Shown one piece after another: positions 1 to 11,968 of a stretch of 64,000 bases of DNA. Position numbers and translations under genes: made by a program. Within the stretch, counting starts at the first letter, position 1, and every line of letters starts with the position of its first letter. Source of the stretch: Dendrobates tinctorius (taxonomy: Eukaryota); contig NW_027361788.1 in assembly GCF_039654945.1 (NCBI RefSeq), positions 36,146,001-36,210,000 on the forward strand, written 5' to 3'. The notes below the pieces were generated by a model. That model did not search any database and was not told the DNA's origin. It worked only from the letters and a program-made list of their open reading frames with translations.

Positions 1-407
1 CTCTCAAGCCAGTTGTGAGTTACACAACTTGAATAGGTGAGTGGAACTGTATTATACCGCTCATACTTCTAGTGTCACTAGTGATAGGGCACTATTGCGC
101 CTCTTGTTCTCCCCACCATTTTTTGTATTGATACAGTATAGGGGCTTCACATTCCTTGGCTAACACAAAATCTCCAGTGATTGCAGGAATGGATACTGCG
201 CAGCCTGATGAAGGTCAGGCCCAGTGCATTGTGGGGATGACAGATGGGGGCAGACCGCGCACTTCACACTATGGGATTGTGACCTAATTAAAAATGCAGT
301 AATATTTTAACATAATTGTGGTGACATGTTGGAGAATGGTGACATAATGACAGCAGATACACAAAACAAGGACAAGATATAAAATACTGCGAGCTGAGTA
401 ACGGGAC

Positions 408-508
408 CTGGATTCCCTCAATCCGCTCAGTGACCACGTAGGCATGGTGCATCGCTACCAGAGGAACGTTCACCCCGGCCATTTGTCCAAGAGTCCTAGC
501 CCAAACAC
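408..508 (-). CDS. SARDH: SARDH coding exon 5 (GVWARTLG...IEGIQ)
   Basis: tcttgtag| ... CAG|gtcccg; 101 nt. Confidence 0.93.
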
Positions 509-3500
509 CTACAAGAGATAACAGCAAAAAATAATAGTGTATTAGAAAAAAAAGGAGAAGGAAAGAGAGAGAAGAGAGAGAAGGAAAGAGAGAGAAGGAA
601 AGAGAGAAGGAAAGAGAGAAGTGGGTCGCCCTTGCACCCAGGGCAGCAGGGTACTTGGTATCGGGCCCGCGGATCTCCACGAGTGGGGTTGTTGTCACGG
701 CAGCTATGACCCGGTCCGTGGCCCTGGGCGCCCATTGTAACTAGCGGAAATGTTCATTGGATGATTCATGACGCCACCTGTGGTGCTTGGCAAGAAAGGT
801 GTTAAACCGACGCTGCGAACAGATCCTCTGGGACAGATGGTGTAGTGCAGCAATGATGTTGTGGCCCTCCACAGGTAGGGCAGTAGTCCCAGGGCAGTGT
901 AGGTGAAGAGATAGGGGAGAGACGTAGATGGTGCAGTGTCAGACACAGAGATGTAGCAGTGCTGAGGGTGTTGGCGCAGGAATAAGCGGAGGACACCAGG
1001 GCATGTAGTTCCAAAGCTTTACTCACAGTCTGTTGTGGTACAAGAGCCCGCATCTGTGCCGTGTCCTCCGGGTCAGGAGCTCAGCCAACTTCCAGGCAAG
1101 ATGAAGTACTCCGTTCCAACACTCCGCCAACATATGTGCCTTTTCTGAACGTCTCCCTCTTAGCACCTTTTACTGAAGTACGCTCAGTACTGAGTTACAC
1201 TGGAGTTCCTGTCAGATGTTTCTATGAACTCTACTTGTACGGCAGACAGCTGTAGCCTGCTTCGGGGACTCCTTACTACCTAGTCCTGGCTCACACACGT
1301 TGCTGTTGTGCCCCCAAGTCTGGTGTGGGAATAAAGTGGTGACGACTTCTATTCCTCCGGTGTCTGCTGCAGGACCATTAGTATCCATACAACCTCGGGG
1401 ACCGGACCCCGGCCTTGCGCTGTGAACTTGGGAAGGGTTCTGCTCTAACCCTAATCCTCAGTCCTCCTCTTCTCCTTATGTTCCGTTCAAATCTATCTTT
1501 CTTATAAAGAGTCAGGCTTTCCATCTATGTCTCTTTCCTGTGCCAGCAGACCCAGGTCACAGAGGTCCGCTGCAGCACTCCCCTCGTCCATCCCTCCCCG
1601 GGGATCTTCTCTCACAGACTGAACCGTCAGACTGACTAAATCCTAAACTCTTCCCAATCTTTTGGTGCAGACTAAGCTCCACCCACCTCCCAGCACTCTT
1701 CGTGTTCCAAGCAGGGAGCCACCAAAGGGTGCTTTGCTACACTACTATGTTGTGTGGGATGCAGGTGTTGGAGTGTGGTCAGGTGTCTCCACCTTACCTG
1801 AATGGTGGGGTACCACACCTCAGGAGGAGGTGCAGTACCTCTGTGGCGACTGAACCCTCAGGGGCGCCACAGAAGGAAAGAGAGAGAGAGAAGGAAAGAG
1901 AGAGAGAAGGAAAGAGAGAGAGAGAGAAGGAAAGAGAGAGTGAGAGAAGGAAAGAGAGAGTGAGAGAAGGAAAGAGAGAGTGAGAGAAGGAAAGAGAGAG
2001 TGAGAGAAGGAAAGAGAGAGTGAGAGAAGGAAAGTGAGAGTGAGAGAAGGAAAGAGAGAGAAGGAAAGAGAGAGTGAGAGAGAGAGAGAAGGAAAGAGAG
2101 AGTGAGAGAAGGAAAGAGAGAGTGAGAGAAGGAAAGAGAGGGAGAAGGAAANNNNNNNNNNNNNNNNNNNNNNNNNNNNNNNNNNNNNNNNNNNNNNNNN
2201 NNNNNNNNNNNNNNNNNNNNNNNNNNNNNNNNNNNNNNNNNNNNNNNNNNNNNNNNNNNNNNNNNNNNNNNNNNNNNNNNNNNNNNNNNNNNNNNNNNNN
2301 NNNNNNNNNNNNNNNNNNNNNNNNNNNNNNNNNNNNNNNNNNNNNNNNNNNNNNNNNNNNNNNNNNNNNNNNNNNNNNNNNNNNNNNNNNNNNNNNNNNN
2401 NNNNNNNNNNNNNNNNNNNNNNNNNNNNNNNNNNNNNNNNNNNNNNNNNNNNNNNNNNNNNNNNNNNNNNNNNNNNNNNNNNAGGAAAGAGAGGGAAAGA
2501 AGGAAAGAAAGAGAAAGAAGGAAAGAAAGAAGAAAAGAGCGAGAGAAGGAAAGAGAGAGAAGAAAATAGAGCGAGAGAAAAAAAGAGCAAGAGAAGGAAA
2601 CAGAGCGAGAGAAGGAAAGAGTGCGAGACAAGGAAAGAGAGAGAAGGAAAGAAAGCGAGAGAAGGAAAGAAAGAGAGAGGGAAAAAGAGGAGAGAGAGAA
2701 CGTAAGATAGAGAGAACGAAATTGAAAGAAGAAAAGAGAGAACTACATAGATGCAAAGATAGAAAAATAGATATGAGACTGGTAGACAGACAGCCCATGT
2801 GAACAGAGGCAATGCTTCAGCTCAGTACAGCAGAGCCTTTGTCGAGCGTCCTTTTAAAAGATAATTAGATACAAAGATAGATCGCTACTAGGGATAAGCA
2901 GACACGTGGAAGTTCAGCTTTGGACGAACTTGAGAATAAAGTTTGGTTAGGGTACCAGATCTTAACCCCGGACCCAAATCCTATATAAGTCAATAGGGAC
3001 CTGGTGCTGTAAAATGGCTATAAAATGGTCGTAGTAAGGGCTAGAGCGCAGCAAAAGGAAGCAAAATGGGGCTAAGAGCTGGACAATTGCCCTGCAAGCA
3101 AAGGTGGATAGGAAAATGAATTAAAATATAGAAAAAAAAATAAGAAAAATCTTGAACCAGGAGGCAGAGGTCCAAGTGGAGGAGTGGAGCAGTGCCTTGC
3201 TTGTGTGTTTTACTGCACTTGTTAATAAACAAATTAATGGAAAAACAATGTGGTGTCTACCCTATTTTTATAACCAGCAAAGGGAAAGCAGATAGCTGTG
3301 AGCTGGTATTATTATGCTCGTTCTCACAATGGCAGCGTGAGTGTCAGACTGATGAGCGGTGACGTCACCGCTAGTCATAGGCGAGTACCATTGTTGCTTG
3401 GGTGTCCTCCGAGTATTTTGGCGTGCTCGGAGATTTAGTTTCTGTCGACACAGCTGCATGATTTGCGGCTGCTAGACAGGCTGAATACATGTGGGGATTC

Positions 3501-6500
3501 CCTAGCAAACAGGCATTCCTCACATGCATTTAGTCTGTCCAGCAGCCACAAATCATGCAGCTGGGTCGACAAACACTAAATCTCCGAGCACGCCAAAATA
3601 CTCGGAGATCACCCGAGCAACGAGTATACTCGCTCATCACTAGTCACCGCTCATCAGTCCGGCACTCGCACTGCCATTGTGAAAACAGGCCGCTGTGAAG
3701 GGAGGTAACCTAACAAACGTCACCTCAGCTCACAGCAGCCGAGCCTCACAGAGCACAGTGTCAGAACCGGCAGTGGCTGCTGCACCAGTCTATGAAGCTG
3801 CATTTTCTGAATGGGACTCCATAGACTGGATGAATGAGACATGCATCGTCGTGGACCCCCATTTGGATTGCGGCAGACGCCTGTGGAATATTATTTTTTT
3901 AATAAGAAACTGGTAAAAGAGGGAACTTGTAGGGGACTGATTTTTGCAAATAAAGGAGTTTTCTGTGTGTGTTTATTTCTTTTGACTATGGGGTTAGTAA
4001 TGGGGGTGTCTGACAAATGCCTCTCCATTACTAATCCCTGGGCTTAATGTCAGCAGACGTTACATAGCTGACATCAACCCCAAAACCATTACCCCGATTG
4101 TCACTGCACCAGGGCAATCGGGAAGAGCTAAGTCTAAGCACCAGAATTGGCGCATCTAATGGATGTGCGATTTCTGGGGTGGCTGAGGGCTGGTCTTATT
4201 AGGCTGGGAAGGGGCCAATATCCACGGCTCTTTCCAGCCTATTAATAAAAGAGCTATCTGATTTGCCTTATCTGGTTCTTAAAAATAGGGGGGACCGCCA
4301 AGTCATTTTTTTAATAACCAGCAAAGGAAAAGCAGACAGCTGCAGGCTGGTATTGATAGGTTGGGAAGGTGCATGGTTTTTGGCCCCTTCCCAGCATAAT
4401 AAGCAGCATAATAAGACCAGCTCACAGCTGTCTGTTTCCCCTTGGCTGGTTCTAAAAATAAGGGGGACTACACGTCGAGCTGGGTCACGTGCTGCGCCGG
4501 CCAATCAAAGACATGCCAGTACTTGCCTACTTGCTACATAGCAATAAAGATACAGAGATACATGGATAGATAAAAAGATAAATATAAGATAGATATAATA
4601 TAGATAGATAGCTTTATTGCAGTAGATATATATTTGTTACCAGCACAGTTCACCACACAGGGGGTCTTCACAGTGCCATATTCAGTTTCCACAGCAACAA
4701 CCCTCTTGACCCCAAAGTCATCAGTCTTTACTTGGATGCCAGTGACAGGACAGTTCTCTATGACCTGTGTGGGACAAGAAGTGATGCATCAGTCCCTCAG
4801 CCATTTATCATGTTCCTCCACATCCAGAGATAGACCAACAATTAGGCAAAATGAAGAAACCGATTGGTAGAAAAAGATATAGTATATACTATATATGAAG
4901 GAACGAGCCCGTCACTCTCCAATGTCGTCTCAGTTATTGTTGCTATCCCACCTTCCCCCATTACACTCAGAGGGATATGGGAAGCTGAGATTCGCAGTTT
5001 CATTTGCGGCCTCACAGAAGGTATCATGAAGGGAAGTCACTAACAGTTTTCGTTCTGTGTCTAATATTATAAAGGCGCTGATTAATCATAGGAGGCTCTA
5101 CAGTGTGAGGACCCTATCAAGCAGCCCCTCATATCTCAACCCTCACTCCTGTTACCTGAGCTCCCCTGGCAGTAGAAGCCCTTGCTAAGGTTGTACAAGT
5201 GCCGGCAGGGTCCATAGTACCGTCCTTAGGGACGTAGAGGGTGCCGTACAGATCCTCAACGTTCATGAGCGGATATAAATCCTTGGTTTCAGCAGGGGAC
5301 AGGACGTACGATTCCACACCATAAACCTTTCCCAACTATTGAGATAAAAAGGCAAAATCATCATCAATGGAGCGAGTGTACGGTATTTTTTTAGTAATTA
5401 TATTTAAAGGTATAAGATTAGAAACAGCGCCACACTTTTCTTCAGGCTACATCTGGTATTGCAGCTCAGCCTCAAAATGAATGATGCCAAGCTGCAATAC
5501 CTAACACAACCCATAAAAAATTGGCTTACGTAAAGATTACATATGACTAAAAGGAGGCATTTAGTGGGTCCAGTTAGTATTTTAAGATGCACTGGGCACT
5601 ATTAGTTAAAGGGGATGTCTACTTTAAGATGCTTCAGCTATAAAAGGTGACCACAAATTGTCCTGCTGCTGAGAACTCTAACAATCAGATGAACTCAGAA
5701 AGAAGTGTTAAAATTCCCTGCAGCACCCCCTACAGGGCAAAGAAAGCATTGCACAGCTTTTTGGGGGGTTTTTTGCAGGCCAATTATGATCCAACTCACA
5801 GATCAAAATCTGCTTTTCATGTTAATGGGTCCGTGAAAAAAAAAAATAGACAGCACACAGATGCAATCTGCATGTCATATATGTGCTTTCCAATTTTTAC
5901 TGCCCAATGGGTGGAAACTTAGCAACTCTTTTTTTTCCATAGAATAAAACTGGATACCAGATGAATAAAAAAAATGGAAACAGAGACCAAAAAAAACTTG
6001 ATAAAAATCACTGATATGAAAAGAAAAAAAGAAAATATCGATCCATTTGTCACACTACCCCAAAAAATTATGTGTAAATGAGGCCTAAGAGATTAATTGT
6101 GGATGCTAAATGGTGAAGTTATACAGCTATAAAAGGTGCAGGGCTTCTGTAAACCGTGCCCAAAAATGGATGATCAGTTTGATGCTCCTCATAGGTGGAG
6201 TTATGCTGCTCATGGGTGGGACTTAAACATCCCTATTCAGCAATGTACAATCAATTCTGTAACAGGCTGTTTGAAAATGAGTTTTCTATCCCAGATGACT
6301 CTTCTACATGATCAGTGACGGGAAGGCGGTATTATGTAATGGAACTGTAGAAAATAAATTAATAACACACTCATTACTAAGAAGCAATTAGCAAACGCAT
6401 TAAACCAGTGATCACAGCTTTGCAGTCTGTGAAGTTAGCGTGAAAACCATTAGGGGAGATACTGAATCTGCATGCTACAGAGGAAAAACAATTCTGTTTG

Positions 6501-8095
6501 GAAATATCGCGGTTGCAGTTTTGCTGCAATTTTTTTTTTCTTTAAAAAAAAAGGACATTGAAAACCGAAGTGAAAGTGTAACAAAAAGCTTTATGTGCAG
6601 GGGCGACCACAGGTGGAGGAACACAAGACTGATGAGTCATTCAGCAGATTAGTAACCTAATGGCCCGCTGGCCTTAATGATGCTACATCTGGGCCAGCTG
6701 CATCGCATGGTATGGCAGGAAGGGTCTGCGCAGTCACCTGTCACCCCTGATTCCACTCATCCTCATGGAAAACAACGATGATTGGCTGAAAGAAAATCAC
6801 TATGAGGTGCACAGATTTCAGTCCCACCCAGACCTTGTAGGAAGACATTAGGATAATAAATGTGAGGCCCATCACAGATTTTGGTGGGTTTCTCGCTCCT
6901 TTTGCAACCCATTAATCAGGACGTAAAAGAAAGTTATGTTGGGTCTGACCTCTGAGACCCTTAACCAACACCTAGGGGCACCAAGTCCTGGTTTTAGCCA
7001 AATAACAGGACAAGGATGCACTGTCATCCCCATGAGGGTAAATGGGACCATCAGCTGGATGAGCACCATGGGGCTCACAGCTTTCAGTTATCAGACTGAG
7101 GCTTATCTGTTGTACATACAGTACACTCGGGGTTACACCGCTCTTACAGACATTAGTCTTTTATATTCATCCAGACGCTGCTTGTTGGATGCGATGAAGA
7201 GACCTCCATTCTCGATCCATCCAGTGTGCAGACCTGTCTCCTGCTCCAGGTCTTGGCTGACGACATTACGAGTGTGGGCCAACAGTTCAACCTCCACATC
7301 ACTGGGCCGCAGCTGCCACAAAAGCCCTGGAAGGGGAGATAAGTGTCATGTCATTCATTATAAGGTTTCCTTACTGTAGGGCATCGATAGGCCTCCAGCT
7401 AATGCCCACATCTCAAAGCCATACATCGCACCTGTAGATTTCATGGGGCAGTTAGGGAACTGAAGATCCAAGGGCCCTTAATACAAAATCTCCAACAAGG
7501 ACCCAACAAACATGGGTCTTTAATAATATTGGTCTTCACATATTGGCCAAAGTGACATTTTTGCCTCCCCCCATAGAAGATATTACCATAATACCATAAT
7601 ACATTACTGTACACCGCACCATATGGTGGTGCTCAGTGTGCCTATGTCTCTGTAGTATGAGGCCACAGCGTCTTTGTGCTGCCCTATAGGCATCTTGTCT
7701 ATACAGGAGAGAAAAAGTCCAACACAAATCCACCTACTGATTACTCTGCAAACCTGTGATCTTGCAATTTTGCCCTTTTTACCTGCCGTATGCCATGTCG
7801 TCCCAGAAGTAAGCCGGTCTCTTTCCAGCAACACGACATTCTTCATGCCCATCTTGGCTAAATGGTAAGTGGTTTGGCATCCCAAACTGCCCCCACCAAT
7901 CACCACCACGTCTGCAGTTTCAGGCAGGGGCTTGGTTGGACCTTTGGTAGCAGAACCTTCCTCTTTTAGCGTCGTGACATAGGGTACGCTCTTCTCTGTC
8001 GTGTGACCAGTGGCAGTGCTGAGACCACGGTAGCCATATCTGTAGCCAGCCCTGGTGGCCAAGTGGACCAATCTGCTTAGGTATCTCATGGTCAT
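408..8095 (-). CDS. SARDH: Sarcosine dehydrogenase, mitochondrial; 5' partial, join(8095-7783,7326-7148,5335-5156,4764-4641,508-408), continues beyond the left edge
   Basis: Spliced translation (299 codons) gives an Arg/Ser/Thr-rich presequence, the FAD-binding [10 protein letters not shown] motif, [37 protein letters not shown] and [16 protein letters not shown]. All junctions are GT-AG and phase-compatible. Confidence 0.96.
622..1871 (-). mobile_element. Solo LTR (Gypsy/ERV-like, 1250 bp)
   Basis: On the minus strand it reads TGTGGCGCCCC...GGCGACCCA (TG..CA). 4-bp TSD GAAG at 618-621 and 1872-1875. Homologous along its length to 48304-49608; no internal ORF. Confidence 0.85.
2152..2482. 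other. Assembly gap (331 N)
   Basis: Run of n. Confidence 1.
3372..3642. mobile_element. Palindromic hAT-type MITE (271 bp)
   Basis: Perfect 8-bp TSD GTCACCGC at 3364-3371 and 3643-3650; the whole element is an imperfect inverted repeat. Confidence 0.88.
4641..4764 (-). CDS. SARDH: SARDH coding exon 4 ([10 protein letters not shown]...VVNCAG)
   Basis: cccacacag| ... G|gtaaca; 124 nt; not in the ORF track, translated by hand. Confidence 0.95.
5156..5335 (-). CDS. SARDH: SARDH coding exon 3 (LGKVYGVES...ARGAQ)
   Basis: caatag| ... CAG|gtaaca; 180 nt. Confidence 0.95.
7148..7326 (-). CDS. SARDH: SARDH coding exon 2 ([10 protein letters not shown]...YKRLMS)
   Basis: ccttccag| ... TCT|gtaaga; 179 nt. 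Confidence 0.95.
7783..8095 (-). CDS. SARDH: SARDH coding exon 1 (MTMRYLSRL...WHTAG)
   Basis: Acceptor ttgttccag sits immediately before ATG 8095; donor G|gtaaaa; 313 nt. Confidence 0.92.
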
Positions 8096-8924
8096 CTGGA
8101 ACAAATGGACAAGTCAATCAGCGGACTCAACAAGCCATACATGTCCTGGACTGTGACGTCCTGATAGAAGTCCTTGTAGGACACCTCATCAGGGCTGAGC
8201 ATTGGAGTAGTAGCGTGGGCGACACATGGAGTCGCCCGCCTTCCTGGAAGCGTAACATCTGCCCCAGGCATCGTCACGTGACCCTGACACATTCCATCTG
8301 CTCGTCTTCTATAATGACAATCTGCTCCTAAAGCGTCAAGTATCCGATTAACCCTTTACTAAGTTGGACTTAGTTAATGTACATCCACACAAAATAATTA
8401 TGCCCCCCGAAGCTCTGCTTGTTCGGATTGGCTTCCGTTTATAAGCGCAAGCCCAGCAAAATATCTACAGGACGTCAGTGCAAGAATTCCAGAAAGGACA
8501 GAACGATTCCAAGTCCAATATTTGCCCCGTACGTCCTCCCGTTTACCGTATGCAGGTTCACTGATCCTCGTCACTACGTCCACATGTGCTCAGTGTTTGG
8601 CAGGAGGTGTGTGAGGGGTGTGCCAGGACACGTCCCCCTCCATTCCCTTCCCCCCTACCACATGTTTCCCCAAAGGAGTCTGCACTGAAATACACAAGAG
8701 AAACTGATCCGTTTACTGCATTTTTAATGCGTTTTTCTTTACAGTACGGATTTCATAGCTCAAGCTTAATGTGGGTTTGTTTTGTGCAGAAACATCGTAA
8801 TTTTGCACTTAAAAAACACAATTGCGATCTTTACATGCATTTTTTAAGACCTTTGATTTAAGGGGACTGAAAAGAGCACCAATTCTGCAGAAAAATGGCC
8901 GTGAGAAATGAAAGCGTCTGGGTC

Positions 8925-9054
8925 CTCTCTCCTTCTGTACTTGTGTGTGTCTTGTATTGCTGATGTTTATTGTACTTGTCTATATTTGCCCCTTTTCACA
9001 TGTAAAGTGCCAGGGAATAAATGGCGCTATAAAAATGTATAATAATAATAATAA
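8925..9054 (+). mobile_element. L2-type LINE 3'-end fragment
   Basis: tgtaaagtgc...ggcgctataaaa...(TAA)n resembles the 3' end of the longer copies. Confidence 0.6.
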
Positions 9055-9433
9055 CAGCTCAAAATAATAATGCCATAGTGTTGCCGTCATTTAGCCTATG
9101 GTCAGTGGCTCCGTTGGGGCTTACGTCTGAAGTCCTGAAAGACAAGGCTCTGACGTATACGCTGACAGGGGCCATACGGAGGCAGACGTAGTCACTGTGT
9201 GCTCTGTCGGCCATTCATTTTGGCACAATACGACATAATGTCATCGACTGCGATCTGGTGCTTATTCTGCCAAAATTGCTGTCCAACAGCGCACACAGTG
9301 ACTCCATCTTCATCATGTAAGCCAATGGCCCCTGCTGGTGCAAGCAGCTGTATCCCATTACTACAGGGCTTCAGACGCAAGCTCCGACGGAGCCACGGAT
9401 GTGAGGGTCAAAAGCAATGCGAACACAGCCTAA

Positions 9434-9781
9434 GGGTTCTTTTACACTTGCCGTGTTTTTGCGGCCCCAATAGATTTCTATGGAGCTGCAAAAATGGCCC
9501 GCAAAAATTCATTGGAGCACCGTGCAGCGTATGGCCCTGAGGGCCATATATACGGCTGTGAAAAAATATCGAGCTTGCTCGATATTTTTCACGGCTTACG
9601 GACGGACACGGCTGCAATAGATTTCAATGGTGCTGCAAAACAACGGTAGCTTATTTTTGCGGTACACCGTATTTGCAGAACGCCGTATTTTTTTCCCACC
9701 CATTTGTCAAAACAGGGAAAAACGGCGATCCAAGGTGGTTTTTTGCAGGCCGCAAAAAACACGGGAAATGTAAAAGAACCC
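9434..9781. mobile_element. PIF/Harbinger-type MITE
   Basis: Perfect 13-bp TIR GGGTTCTTTTACA; TAA/TTA flanks. Confidence 0.8.
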
Positions 9782-11092
9782 TTAGGTGCACAAACAATGC
9801 CATAAAATGTGGAAATAAACCGTGCAGTAAATTGCGCTAATAACAGTCCTATAAAGTAGGCAAATAACCCAATTGAGAAAGCGAACGGCATTCACATAAA
9901 GGGGGAGACTCACGGTGCAAATCTGTGGCCCCGCCTTTAGTAATGGTCATTGTTTTTCCTTTTGTGACTGTACTGGACCTAAACCCACCCCTAGGGCCCG
10001 CTGTGTAGCCCCCACCATGTTCTAACATCTCCCTCCAGTCCCCATGCTGTATTATGTGGCTCAGGGACCCCTGTCCCCGGAGCCTACGCTAACGCCATGT
10101 GCACACCACAGGTATCAGACACTGGTGTACCACAATCAGTTTTTAAGCAAAAGCCAATTCAGAAAAAAAATTTTTTTTTGGACATCACTTGTGCTTTTTT
10201 TGTTTAAAAAAATCCATATATATCATAGTGGCAGCTTCCAAGCAGAAGCCGTCAGAATAACAGACCGGCCATGGTGAGAAACCATACTCGGACAGCTCGG
10301 CTATGTGGCACCATGCATGCTCCATACTGATCGTCTATGAGGGGCCCCCAGACCCAAAATCTGCTGATTACGCCGTGTGGACATATCACTGGGGCAACCT
10401 CTGCAGCCGCACAGGGCCCCAAGAAGTAAAGGGGGGCCCAATTCAACTTTCAAAGCAGGTGAAATTGAGCATTATGATGAGTTATTAGACTGCAAAGGGC
10501 CCAAAAATTGTTCGTGCACGGGGGGCCTTCTATTGACCGTGTCCACCAGCGGTCAGGGGACAGTCGTACGTGCTGTACTAGAAATGTACTTTATTTCTTA
10601 AGTTTCCCAGCACAGAGTCCCCGGCACGAGGCGACGTTACCAGGGACACAGAGCTAGCCCAGTCCCAATTTGCGGATATACCCCATGTCCTCAGCCCTGG
10701 GTTCACGTACCGTCTGAGTCGACAGCAGCTGAGCTAAAAGAGAACTTGGATGTGGCTATTATTGGTCTACGTGGGCTTCCTATACAACGCCTTCCAGCGA
10801 AGGGTTAAACTGGGTCTCCTCCCTCAACCCTCCCCATGAGAGAGTCAACAAGAGCCTGCACTGCAGAAAGCATGGCAGCCGCCTGTGCACTGAGACACAT
10901 GGCAGATCGTGCCCGGATATCTGCCCGCAGACGGGGCACGACTGCGCTTTCTGCCCCGGTTACATTCACACATGCAGTTTTGTTTAGACGAATCCGGAAG
11001 TAGCGCTAGCATTCCTCCCTCCTTTGTCCTGAAATAATTACTTCTCACAGCTGAGGGTTTGTGATAATTGTACGCAGTCTGGACAATCCTAA

Positions 11093-11968
11093 GTAAGGCT
11101 ATGTTCACACATTGCATTTTTGCAGCATTGTTTTTTATGGAAATTTTCAGCTGTGTTTCACAGTACCAGCAAAGTTTATGAGATTTCAGAAATTTCATGC
11201 ACACACCTTGTTTTTTTCCTGTTTTGTCAAAGAGCTTGTTTTTCGCAAAATGCAGCATGTCACTTCTTTCAGTGTTTTTCACCAATGAAAGCAATGGATT
11301 GTGCAAAAAAAGCTGCAAAAAATACAGGTATCAAATCTGCAACATGTGCACAGGCCCTAGGTGGCTACATTAAGACACATTTTGCAATTTCACTAATACA
11401 TTGTAACTGGCAAGACAGAGATTTGTACAGATGATTCCATTGTAACAAATTCTCAGCTGTGAAAATAAAAGGTGTACTCCCAACTTAAACTAGTTGTTTG
11501 GAGGCCCTCCTCCCTTCCACATTGGGATGTGAGAGGAGCAGAAGTCTGCCAGGGAGCGCATGATTGGCAGGTGTATGATTAGTGCCGCTCTCCTCCAGAT
11601 ACACAAGTGAGCAGCACAAGAGAGTTGCTTCAAGGGTAAGTGCACATGTAGTTTTTAGGTTGTGCGGATTTTGTTGAAAAATCCGCAGGACAAAAGTCCT
11701 GCGGTTTACCTGCAGATTTGCCTGCGGTTTAGCCCTGCGGTTTCACACCTCATAATGGATGAAGTGTGAAACCCCAGCGGAATCCGCACAAAGAATTGAC
11801 ATGCTGCGGATTGTAACCAGCAGCAAAACCGCAGCATGTGCACAGCGGTTTTCAGTTTACCATTGAAAACAATGGTACTGTACAACGCAGCCAAATCTGC
11901 TGTGGACCCGCAGGGCCAAAACCGCTGCGGATCTGCAGCAGAATCCGCACCGTGTGCACATAGCCTAA
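11093..11968. mobile_element. Two Harbinger-type MITEs (~11096-11357 and ~11634-11965)
   Basis: taaGGCTATGTTCACAC...GTGCACAGGCC and GGGTAAGTGCACA...TGTGCACATAGCCtaa termini with ccgcag/tgcgg-rich interiors. Confidence 0.6.

Larger units (their letters stand above)
548..2770. repeat. GA-rich polypurine tract (~20-bp unit GAGAAGGAAAGAGAGAGTGA), split by the solo LTR and an assembly gap
   Basis: Seen directly; explains the S/L/F and E/R/K pseudo-ORFs. Confidence 0.9.

Noticed and set aside
1794-2812. S/L/F-rich and E/R/K-rich ORFs
   Set aside because: GA microsatellite plus N gap.
8092-8292. 66-aa ORF whose stop overlaps the SARDH ATG
   Set aside because: Lies upstream of a good acceptor (ttgttccag), so it is probably intronic; no recognisable motif.
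10560-10990. Candidate SARDH promoter or non-coding exon 1 (minus-strand donor ACG|gtacgt near 10710)
   Set aside because: Only modest CpG enrichment and one donor-like site; too weak to call without transcript data.
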